Below, piece by piece: positions 52,872 through 64,000 of a stretch of DNA of 64,000 nucleotides. A program made the translations under genes and the position numbers. How positions within the stretch are numbered: position 1 is the stretch's first letter; each line of letters begins with the position of its first letter. The notes below the pieces were generated by a model, which saw nothing but the letters and a program-made list of their open reading frames with translations, did no database searches and was not told the DNA's origin. This DNA is from Okamejei kenojei. Lineage: Eukaryota. The DNA lies in NCBI GenBank assembly GCA_035221665.1, contig CM069141.1:32860001-32924000 (forward strand), written 5' to 3'.

Positions 52872-52955
52872 GTAATTAGGGAGGTATGCGTTCACTGCAA
52901 TGGAATTGATGGATCAACGTCACCACTTTTTCTACCAAAGTTAGAACTGGAAAAG
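52872..52955 (+). CDS. AFAP1L1: AFAP1L1 coding exon 9 (VIREVCVHCNGIDGSTSPLFLPKLELEK)
   Basis: cttag acceptor, AAG|gtaaac donor, 84 nt phase 0-0; WLK|VIREV ... SP...KL.L.K motif. Confidence 0.9.
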
Positions 52956-53539
52956 GTAAACTTTAAGATGCCTTTACGCTTGAACAAATAAATATTAGGC
53001 TTAAATATACAAATAACCCAATGTTCAAACCACTTCTTTTCATAAACATGTTAAAAGGAGAGTGCAAATAGAATGTTATTTTAGTTAACCATCCTTTCTC
53101 CCTCCACACGTGGCTGACCTTTCTGTTTCATGTTATTTTTTTAATTTTCCTTCCATCCCTGACTGCCATTTTTTTAAATTATTGTCACCATGCCCACTTT
53201 GATCAGCACCCTATCACAGACATTCCCTCTGCTCCCTGCAACTTAAAACACTTTTTTTCCAATAATTCCATTTCAGATTTTGGGTCCTCAACCCAAAACT
53301 CCAACTCTTTCTTTCTCCACTGATGCTGCCTGACTGATGAGTGCTTCCCATGTTTCTGTTTCTATTTAGAATAAAATGATAATGTTGAAAATGGTAAATC
53401 ATTTACAGACATCCAGATGAATTACATTTGCAAGTAGATTTAAATTATTTTACATTTTCACGTTTCTTTCTAACCAAGGGGCTAATGTGAAAATGAAGAA
53501 CAGCTTGTCATGCACACCAAGAAGTCCCATGCTCTACTA

Positions 53540-54045
53540 TAAGTAAGGCTCAATACAAAGCATCCTTCCGGGATGCATCACAGCTTGGTTTGGCAACATC
53601 TCTGCCCCAGCCTGATAGAGATTATGGGCGCAGCCATGTACTTAATGCAAACCAGCCTCCCCAAGCACCACCACACATCGACTCCATCTACGCTTCATAC
53701 CGCCCCAGAAAAACAGCCAATATAATCAAGAACCACCCATGCCCCTGTCGTTCCCTCTTGTCATATCTTCATTCTGAAAGAAGATTTGCAAGCATGTGCC
53801 ACAGTTTCAGGAACAATTATTCCCGGTTGTTATCGTACGTTAAAACAGATCTCACATACGCTAAGAATGTATTCCAGATCTCCCAATCTACCTTGTTGTG
53901 GCCCTGAATGTTTTCTTTAATGGGAACATTATATTTTGCACTCTGCTTCCTTTCTCTCTTTGAACTCCATATTTGTGCATTTGTATGGTAAAGTTTTATC
54001 CTGCAATTCAGTATGAGTGACAATAATAATAAACCAAAACCAATA
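53540..54045 (+). mobile_element. Rex1/Babar 3' fragment
   Basis: IDSIY..RKTANIIK..HP remnants; tgacaataataataaacc tail. Confidence 0.65.
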
Positions 54046-54078
54046 CAGGAAGCTCATCTAATAAAATGTTGATTATTA

Positions 54079-54390
54079 ACACAGTGGTGCAGTGGTAGGC
54101 TGCTGTCTCACTGCACCAGAGACCTGGGTTTGATCCTGACAATGTGTGCTGTCTGTGCTGAGTTTGTACGTTCTCCCTCTGACCACATGGGTTTTCTCCT
54201 GGTGCTCCAGTTTCCTCCCACGTTCCAAAGACGTGCAGGTGTCTTGGTTAATTGGTTTCTGTAAATTGCGCCTAGTGTGTACGATGCAAAAGTGGGATAA
54301 AATAAAAATAGTTTATAGGTGATCAATGGTTGGCGTGGACTCGGTAGTCTGAAGGCCCTGTTTCCATGCTGTATCTCTAAACTAAACGAA
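54079..54390 (+). mobile_element. HE1-type tRNA-derived V-SINE
   Basis: A box tggtgcagtggt, B box gggtttgatcc, V-domain gtctgtgctgagtttgtacgttctccc..ggtgctccagtttcctccca, CR1-like tail ccctgtttccatgctgtatctctaaactaaa. Confidence 0.85.
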
Positions 54391-54849
54391 CCCTTGATTT
54401 TGTTAAGATTGAGTTCCAGTTCCATATTTACTGTTAGAATGAGGGAAACAGGAGGTAAAGAAAACTCTTGAGTGAGTCCCTTGCTTTTCACTTCATAGCT
54501 GATTGAAAGATAATATCAAGAGCTCACAATGTGTGCTTCACTTCCCATTCGGAATCTAGAATGTGTGCTAAACTGAGCCGACTAATTAATTTCTTTAGTG
54601 AAAAATACATTTATCAATAAAACAATAATTGAATTCATAGAACACCAAATTGTAGAAGAACTTGAAAGTAACCAGTTGTATATAGTCAAAATTGATTTTA
54701 TCCAGATACAGTTGATGAATAGACAGCCTATATATAATGTCTTAGAAAAATATTGTGTCTATTAAAGGCACAGTATATGGTCAATGTGCAGCACACCATT
54801 AACTATTTTAGTGATGGTTTCACCAAATGTGAGCTTTATTAGGACCGAG

Positions 54850-55560
54850 GCCTACTATCTAAGGGATTAAAGTCCAGTAGAGGAGATAACAGCATTGAAG
54901 AAAGCAAACGCAGGCTGGCTTATCGCTTTGTGGAGCACCTGCATTCAGTCTTTACGGTCACCTTCATTCAGTTTGTAGGGGTAACAGTGAGCTTTCTGCT
55001 GCCCAACACTTTGGCCTAAGCCATCTTGTACTGTCACAAAGTGGCACCACGCTAGCTTGGGGAACAGCACCTCATCTTCCACCTGGGCAGATTGCAGCTC
55101 ACTGGACTCGGTATTGAATTCTGCACCTTAAGGCAAATTGAGCTGATTCTGTATCATTTGCCTGTCTGCGATATTGGCTCAGGTTGTTTGAATTTTTTTC
55201 TTGTTTCGCTCCGAGTTGAAAATATGCACAGCCTGATCCACTCATGCCTCCCTGCTCTGTAGTTTGCAACTCCTACATTATTTTGTCTTTGTTCTCATTC
55301 TCTAACTGCTCCCATATATTGATTGACTGGATAATTTTGTATACAGATTATCTCCTTTGTCAGCCTGGTTTTACCTTATCAGACATACCCCTCCCCCATC
55401 CTCCCTGCAGCTTAATGTCTTTCTTTTGTTTCCTTCCCAGTTCTGAAGATAGGTCCTCAACCTGAAACATTAACTCTGTTTCTCTTCCCACAGATGTGGC
55501 CTAAACTGCTGAGTATTTTCAGCATTTTCTGTTTTAATTTTAGATTTCCAGCATCTACAG
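54850..55560 (+). mobile_element. Penelope-like element remnant: GIY-YIG relic, 3' UTR and hammerhead-bearing terminal repeat
   Basis: aaacgcaggctggcttatcgctttgtggagcacc (KRRL..RF.EH); ggaacagcacctcatcttccacctgggc (EQHLIF.LG); ctgaagataggtcctcaacctgaaacatt at 55443. Confidence 0.75.
55439..55475 (+). ncRNA. Minimal hammerhead-ribozyme-like motif (PLE-associated; probably impaired)
   Basis: Stem I AGUU/AACU, core CUGAAGA, stem II AGGU-CCUCA-ACCU, GAAA, then CAUU (family consensus CGUU/CGUC). Confidence 0.5.
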
Positions 55561-55905
55561 TTATGTTTGACAAGTATTTCATCAATGCTCAAGACATCAG
55601 GAAATTCAGTATCAATAGATAATAAACTTGGATGTAATTTTAAACAATTTAATGCAGAAGGTGTCTGTTGTAGTAAAAAAGCAAGCAAGGCTAAAAGCTT
55701 AAAATATATATTTTGCTTCTTTCTTGAAGTAAATTTAAAAAACATAGGAATTTCAGTAGAAATTTGTACTTTTGCTGGTAACCTATTCACATTAAAATCA
55801 TTGTGGCAGATGCCTGAAAAAATAAGTACAGCTTTCTGTTATTGCGAAATAAAAATATGAATATTTGTTTTCAATATTAATATTTGTTTTCATTCTTTTC
55901 TGCAG

Positions 55906-55999
55906 AGATTGTCGAATGAAAAGCAGGCTTCAGATGCTGAGAGTATAGTGACAGGAGAGAATGGATCTCTGGTTAATGGCAGAGAGAGTAGAGAACATG
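55906..55999 (+). CDS. AFAP1L1: AFAP1L1 coding exon 10 (RLSNEKQASDAESIVTGENGSLVNGRESREH)
   Basis: Long pyrimidine tract + tgcag, G|gtaagc donor, 94 nt phase 0-1; RLS.EKQ.SD motif. Confidence 0.92.
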
Positions 56000-56259
56000 G
56001 TAAGCCATTACGTTGATATGTAAACAATGATCTTAAACTACATATTGGACCTTTCTTCAAGCAAGCTTTGAAAGGTACAATATACACTGATACATTCTGT
56101 CAACAATTCAAATGGCATGTGTCCAACACAAGATTTAAATATTGCCTTGAAAAGTTTCCCCACATCTACTTTCTATGTCGGAATGACAGTGGAACCTGAG
56201 GATAGCACTGTACAAACATAACACCACACCAGTTCAGGTTAGCCCTGATGATTACTTGA

Positions 56260-56460
56260 GTAAAAAGCAAATTGCTGGAGGAACTCAGCAGGTCAGGCAA
56301 TATCTGTGGAGGGAAAAGGAAAGACTTTTTGGGTTGGGACTGAAGAAGGTTCCTGACCCAAAATGGCATATGTCCACTTCCCTCTGAAGATGCTGCTGGA
56401 CCTACTGATTTCCTCCAACAGCTTGTTTCTCATGCAAGATTCAAACATTTGCAGTCACTT
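56260..56460. mobile_element. Penelope-derived fold-back element
   Basis: tgctggaggaactcagcaggtcaggc..ctgaagaaggttcctgacccaaaatg..agatgctgc..tttcctcca. Confidence 0.7.
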
Positions 56461-57673
56461 GTGGCCCCAGCTGTCAGTATAACAGTTACTATTCCATCTT
56501 TGTGGATAATCCTGTACTTAAACCAACAACGTACCTTCCCTATCTCTTTTGGGTCACTTGTTTTGTTCATACTGACAGTGGTGATGCTAATAATCAAAAT
56601 GATTATTAATCTTTACTAATAATCAAAATGTACTGAACGACAACGGAAAATCAGAATGTCAAGGAGAAAAAGCTTATTTTTACTTAAACACAAAAACATT
56701 AAGAGAGAAAGAGAATGAACATGGTATATATTCTGAGTGATTTTTAAAGATTAATGCAATATTGTATGCAAATTCTGAGGTGCTTTCACTTGGCTATTAT
56801 ATGTTGATTACATCCAAATCTGATTTCCATTTATTCACATAATTGGAAATTATACGCATCAGCCAAGACCAGTTTCAAGTGAAGACCACCTCAGGGATTA
56901 GCTTTCATGGAAGCAATACACTGCATACCATTAAAATTTGCAGACGAAAGCATTACAAAATCAATGCCATCATCGGGTTTCTCTGCTGCATTAAAAATGT
57001 TACCAGCTTAACATTGCATTGGATTCCGATGACATGCTGACATCAGGTGTGCTTTACTGATGAGCTTCATTGGAGAAACTGACTGCCTTTGCTATCGCAA
57101 CAAAGAAATTCAGCAAGCTTTTTAATCACTGATACTAATTTTAAGTGTAAAATGGATTGTGAAATGGGGCTGGGTGCTTTTAGTAGTCGGCACAGATTGT
57201 GCCTTTTATTTAGATGGTACCATGTGCATGACATGTCTATATCTGAAGCATGTAGAGCATGTGTGACTAACGTCAAACTACCTTTAACGACCAATTATTG
57301 ATTTCACCCCAAAGTTAAATCACAGATACGTAACTCCCCGTGTGCGCCATACCCATGAAAGTGAAGCAAATGGTGCAGTCAAACTCTGCACCTGCTCCAC
57401 TCAGATTATTTGTGGATTTGTAAGTCATTTTTAGTGGATCTCATTACTTCTCGAAGGATAGAAGATTCCGTGCAGCAAGCTTGGGTAATTGCTGGCCCTC
57501 AGAGCTGCTTATAGCGAGATCGTTAGTCATGATCCTTTTGAGACTGCAGCATGAACCGCTGCTGGAGAAGAAGTCCCAAAGGAAATGAGTGATTTGCCAT
57601 AAGGATAGAAAGCTCAGGCCAAATTAGGATATCCCCCCCAGAGTCTTGCAGAATATTCTCCTACTTCCAATTG

Positions 57674-57906
57674 CAGAAACAAGGAACTGCAGATGCTGGT
57701 TCACACAAAAGGGACACGAAGTGCTGGAGTAACTTAGTGGATCAGGCAGCATTTGCGGGTCAGGCAGCATTTCTGGCGAACATGGATAGGTGAAGTTTTG
57801 GGTCAGGACCCTTCCTCTGATAATCTTCTGAACCAATCCAAAACATCATCAATCCATGTTCTCCAGTGATGCTGCCTGACCCGTTGAGTTACTCCAACAC
57901 ATTGTG
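57674..57906. mobile_element. Penelope-derived fold-back element with imperfect ~17-bp TSD
   Basis: Inverted arms; tctcctacttccaattg / tctcctccctccaattg flanks; internal gtcaggcagcattt duplication. Confidence 0.7.
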
Positions 57907-60031
57907 TTCTCCTCCCTCCAATTGTCTGAGTATCAAAGCATCCACCATTTTCCAGGCCATTGCTTCAGAGATCTGTCTCCTCCTACACACAGCGTTCCAA
58001 CCACATCACCCAATGCCGTGACTGCAACAATCAAAAGTATTGAAGTTAACCTCTGGAATGCTACAGGTGTTGGTTGCTGATCTTTGCTACTATTGCATGC
58101 ACTTTTTATAGTTCACCCGTGGTATAGACGAGATGGTTCGTGTCCACTTAAGGAGTCCATGGTTGTAAGGATTTTCCAGCTATGAGGGCTTCCCTGAAGG
58201 ATCAGTGTGTGATAGTTCACATATATGGAACTTCAGGCTTTATGTCTGAACACTCATATTTTGTGTCTATCATCTGCCTTTTGGAACACATAGGCTTTCA
58301 CCTGCTGAGCATTGTTTCTCTTTCCAATTATACTTTCCAAATGTGCTGAGCATTTCCAGCATTTTCTGCTTTCCTCCAGCCTGAATTCTATTTGGTGTGC
58401 TTGTGTCCATCTAACCATTGATATATTACTGTAGCCCAGTATTTGCCATGTGGCCATGAACTTTTTGCATCCTCCCTGTCGATCACAAGCTAATTTTCTT
58501 CTCATCAGCAAACTATTTCATTGGTATCCTATAAAAAGCAAGATACCTGGTACTGGTCCCTGCAGAACCCTACTGTATACAATGGTACAAGTCATTAACA
58601 TTTCTGTTGATCGTTACTCTTTGCTTTCTACAACTGTTATGTTTTTTTTTTCAATTTAAATGCCTTGTTAAAGTCCATATGGACTCTGTCAAGCAAACTA
58701 CACTCAACACCAAACCTTGTTACAAGATCTATTAAAAACTCCCTTTAGTCAGACACAATCTGCCCTTCATAAATCCTTGTTCACTGTCCTTAATTAACCT
58801 GTGTGATCCAGTGAGAACCTCGCATTGTTCTGTCCTTTGCTGTATGCTGCATACTGTGCGCATCATAAAGGCAGAGTCCTTACATGTGGGAGGAGAAACA
58901 AAGTGACAACAGGAAGAAAGTTTAAAGACAAATTATTAGAAAACAAGAACACCCTGAAATTTCCTCTGCACACGCAAAGCACAGCCATGATGATTATACA
59001 ACAGTACTGAAACATTAGATGGCAGTAACTCCTCCATAGCAATGAGCTTGATGATGGGTAAGTGACAGTGAGTGGGTGAATCTGCATGGGCTGTCTTGGC
59101 ATTTGAAGATGCACCCACGGGAATGAGATCATCGAACCTCTTAGAAATTTGTATCCAGATGCTTTAAGACACAAATCCTGGTATTAATTCCAGGTATTAT
59201 CTCCTCCCACTGATTTGTGAGAGAACTGCAAGGCTGGTAAAATGTAGAGGACTGGCCACTTATTTCCCCCCCCATTTTCTCCATCAAGACTTCCAGTGCT
59301 GTCTAATTTCTCTAATGCTGCACCATTCTTCAATGTTCCCAAGATCTTCACCTGCTTTCGCCAGTGTGTACTTCCCATTGAAGATATGCAGGCTGGCTAT
59401 AAACTAGCGCATGGTAGCTTTAACCAGTGCTCGCTACTCAATTAGCCTCCTAGTGAGCCATGTAGCCACTGAGCAGTATGATTGCTTTTGGCTGGATGCG
59501 TATTTGGACATCAAGGGAATCAAAACATCAGGAAGGTGGGGCAGAGTTCAAAGATTTGGCATGAACTTTTTGAATGGCAATATAATTTATTATAACTCCA
59601 ACTTCCATCTTATTAGCATTGTGGTCATTATCATTGGACAGCAGCATGAAGTTGCCTACATTACACCAAACAGCATGAATTAATTACCCACCTTGACCTC
59701 TGCATCCATTTTAGGGGCCAATCAAATTTATGTCTAAAGATGTCCTCCTCATCCTTTTTACTCCGTAATGTTCATTAATCTCCTTTACAGCGTTGTCACC
59801 TCCCTATTTGTGGATGATATATTATGAATGTTCTGTTGAAAACTGCAGACTCTTCATTATTTATGTGAAAAATATAAATGCATTAACCAGATAAAATGTA
59901 TGTTTTTACTTTAAAAGGAATAACATTTGTTTGACATAAACCAGACTCTGCCACAGACATACGGGATGTATTCATGATGTTCCTTAAATATGTGTCATGG
60001 TCTGTCGTGTGAGATGGAAGTGTACTAATGA

Positions 60032-60310
<279 letters not shown>

Positions 60311-62534
60311 TAGTGCTGATCTGCTGTTCACTATTTTGTCTGTTAAATCTTTCTGGTATTTCATTATTTGTGTTTGACACCTTACGCTGATTTACACACA
60401 GGATTTCCCGCACCTGGGGACTGCCTCCCATGCAAATCCACAATTATGCTTGCCAGATAAAACAAATTTGAGAATAAAAGTTAAAATAGTGCCTCTGTTA
60501 AATTGCATAATTTTGCATCTCTACGGCGTCACCGGCGCCATTTTCAATTGTGACGGGGCTGACGGGCCTCCCCCAACTGCACAGGTGCAGATGGTCGTAA
60601 ATATACTTTTTCCCCCCCAAATCAGCCCGCGGACCGGATGCGGAAATTTTCCAAAATGATTTAATTTCCCTAAAATTACCCAAAGACGACCAGAATTTCG
60701 TATAATTTCCTTCAAAGTGGAAACACAATTTGGTGGGGACTTCTGTGCTTGTCTGTATAGCAGGGCTTGGTTGCCGATTGTCTCCTTACCTCATCCATTA
60801 GGACCGTAGGAACTGCAGATGCTGGAATCTTGCTTCGAACAAGAACAGTGTCCCGGATTCGCAAAACTCAAACGGCAGCATATCTGCAGGTCATGGATAG
60901 GTAACATTTAGGGTTGCAACCATCATTCAGACTGCTACGGCAGGTGGTATGCAGAAAACAATTCAGGTACCAGCAAGTTCAGGTCATCACAGCTTGTGGA
61001 AGCAAGTCACCCTCCATCCCAAGAGATTGCTTAGGAGGATGTGATGAGGTTTGGCTATCTGGTCATTCTCATGCAAATGTTTCGAATGAGCTGACATGCA
61101 CACCAAAGCCAGCCAGTGCGTCTGCACATGAAAGACGTCCAGCCTCCAGCAGGAGCTGGCCCATTATATGAAATATCAGTACCCCTTACAGCACCTAACA
61201 TTAACTTTGTTTCTCTTCCCACACACACACACATACCTGACCTGCTGAGTGTTACCAGCATTTTCAGTTTTTGTTTCAGATTTCCAGCATCGATGTCAGC
61301 CATTTTAGTGAGATGAGACCAGATAGGAATCATGACTCCTACCATTATGGAACCAATGATCATTGAATGTCACTGCTCCAGCCCAATGCTGTTGGCTTGT
61401 ATCCAGTTTGGCCTGTGAGAACGGAGAATCTACGTAGCCCAAGTAGTCCAAGGCAGACAACTTCCTATCCTCTGAGTTATCTTGCTCAAAGTCTCAAATA
61501 ATTACTGTATAGCCTTGGCATTGGTAACCTAGTTGAAAAAACACATACCAGCAACCTTCAGGACTGGAGTGGGTATTATCCAGTGAATGGTAGGTTTGAC
61601 TACAAGAATTTAAAATAATTTAACATCTTTACGATAACTATCATTCCATATATAAAGTAACCAAAGGGGGCCAGAATTTATTTTCTGCGTGAGTTGATGC
61701 CCACATGGATCTTTTGTTTCTATTTTAATTTCCTAGAAATCAGAAATTATTTTTGGGATCCTCTTCCAGACTCCGGCAATTTCCAGTGTAGAGATTGTGT
61801 AGGTTTCTAATGGAAATCCTGTGTACTTAACGGGTCACTAGAAGTATTCTATGTATCCTTTGACTACCTCTACATCAGTGGGTTTCCAATGTTGGTGTCT
61901 TTTAGAGTTTGATGATGCAGTAATACATCAAAGGTATGATCACATGATAAATAATGTTTCCTTTGAAAACCAATCACACTATTTCACACTTCTATAACTT
62001 AAAATGAGATTTTGTCTCGGGTGTTCAAATTTATTTTATCACTTAACCAAATGTCCGTCCTACACCTTTAAATCACATTTTGCAGTAAGGCTTACTTGAT
62101 TGAAAAAAAGGTCCTGATATCCATGAAAATCATTGAGATCTATATCAATCCCTTCTTTGTTCACTTCTCCAGAGAATCAGGACACAAACTCAACAATCTT
62201 CGTGCAGCTCGGAGCTATCAGTTCAAGAATCAGCTTCTTAGTTCTCCTCTTGACTTCCGCCAATAATTCTACAATTTGCTGCTTGTATTGTTACCAAACA
62301 AGTACTCCAGATGTGACCCTGTGTCACTCCCTTTGATTTAAACCACACCCTTTTATATCCTTGTGTTGTTTATGATATCAAATCAAAATCCTCATGTTGC
62401 ATGCCAGTTCACGGTCAAAGTGTTCAAAGTTCAGAAGTCTGTGTTTACTAGTAACTATCTAATAATGCATTAGTATAATTTTGGGAGCAGGAAAATAGCA
62501 CACACCTTGTGACCAAGATTCTTCCTTTTCTGCA

Positions 62535-64000
62535 TGTTTTCTTGCATGCTTTTCCCCGCTCACCACATGCCTTCTAGTTCTTGTCTCCGCCTACCCTGGG
62601 AAAAAGACTGTACATTCACCCTATCCATTACCCTCATGATTTGATACGCCTCTATTAGACCACCCCTCAAACACCTGTAAAGTTCCAGCCTGCCCAACTT
62701 ATCCCTATAGCACAGGCCCACAAGTCCTGGCGATACCCTCGCAAATCTTCTCTGCACCATTTTCAGTTTAATTATATCTTTCTGAGAGCAGGGTGAACAA
62801 TACTGGGCACAATACTCCAAGTCCGACACAATGCCTTATCCAACTGTAACATAACCTCCTAACTTTAATACTCAGTTCCTGACTGATGAAAGCCAATGTG
62901 CCTAAAGCTTTCTACACCACCCCATCAACCAGTAATGCCACTTTCAGGGAATTATAACTTATACTCTGAGATTGCTTTGCTCTGCAATAGTTCCCAGCAC
63001 TGCAATAGTTCACTGTTAAGGCCATGCCCTGGTTTGACTTCCTAAAATGCAACACTTCACACTTACCTGAATTAAACTCCATTCGCCATTCCTCAGCCCA
63101 TTTGGGTAGCTGATCAAGATATCACTGTAATTATTTATAATGATACAATACCACCTACTGTATTTTAGTGTCATCTGCAAACTTTCTAATCATGTCTTGT
63201 ACATTCTCATCTAAATCATTAAGGGAGATACAGGTCTGGCAACTTAATGTTCAAGGGTACAGGTCCTCTCCCTTGTAGGGACCTCTATATATTATATGAG
63301 GTGTCTTTCCTAAACATGCTTGACATACTCCGCCCCATCTAAACCCATGACACTATAGCAATCCCAGACTACATTAGGAAAGTTAATCTCCTCCTATGCC
63401 AATCCTATTAGTTTTTCAGCTATCTGTAATTTTCCAGCATATTCATTCCTCTAAGTCCTATTGACTATTCCAGTTGACACGAGTACAATCCCAACAAGGT
63501 GATCATACTCTTTTTAGTTCTCAGCTCACAGGACAAACCACCAGTCAGAACATACCAGACCACTGCCATGACGATCTCCTTAATCAGTAAAGCAACACCT
63601 CCTTCCTCTTTGATCCAATCTCTATCTCACCTGCATCACCTGTACCCTAGAAATTAAGCTGCCAGTCCTGTCCTACCTTAGCCAGGTGTCCAAATGCCAT
63701 AACGTCCCAATCACATTTACCTACCCACGTCCTGAGTTCATGCACTTTACTTGTCAGATCTCTAGCATTTAAATAAATGCAATTTAATCCAACTATTGTT
63801 CCTCAATCCCTGCTGTGCTCCTGCCTATCCAGTCTACTGAACCAGTGAACCAATGACCACTCTGCTCTGAACCACCTCTGCTCCAGAAGAATTCCCAGTG
63901 GTTAAAAATTGGAATCGCTGCCACCTACACCAACTCCTCAGCCAAGCATTCACCTGTCCTATCATAATATTACTACCCTTACTAGCACATGGCACCAGGA
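62535..64000 (-). mobile_element. Degenerate CR1 LINE
   Basis: Minus ORF LEYCAQY.SP...DIIKL..VQRRFAR..PGL.GL.Y; tagtgtcatctgcaaac (FADDT on the minus strand). Confidence 0.8.

Noticed and set aside
54079-54140. tRNA-like A/B boxes
   Set aside because: Head of an HE1-type SINE, not a tRNA gene.

Overview
Eukaryotic (vertebrate) genomic DNA, almost certainly a cartilaginous fish (skate/ray-like repeat landscape: HE1-type V-SINEs, CR1 LINEs with (CATAGAAA)-type tails, Rex1/Babar, Penelope-like elements). The window holds the 5' part of one spliced + strand gene, actin filament-associated protein 1-like 1 (AFAP1L1). Ten coding exons (22565-60308) have canonical AG/GT borders and compatible phases and encode the N-terminus, proline-rich/SH3- and SH2-binding motifs, PH domain 1 and the Ser/Thr-rich linker; the gene continues past the window. 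A candidate first coding exon lies at 9953-9986. Nearly all ORF-track entries are spurious or transposon fragments. The most interesting non-gene signals: (i) many short Penelope-derived fold-back elements with minimal hammerhead-ribozyme motifs, some with ~15-bp target-site duplications, (ii) a 118-bp near-perfect intronic hairpin whose arms extend into flanking DNA, (iii) a family of CpG-rich non-coding retroelements sharing a repeated AACATCGCGGAG motif and Rex1-like tails, (iv) a Harbinger-type MITE next to exon 4 and a young RTE-X-like fragment. There are two N gaps, and about 14.7-22.5 kb looks partly like low-quality assembly. All calls were made by eye; no database search was run.
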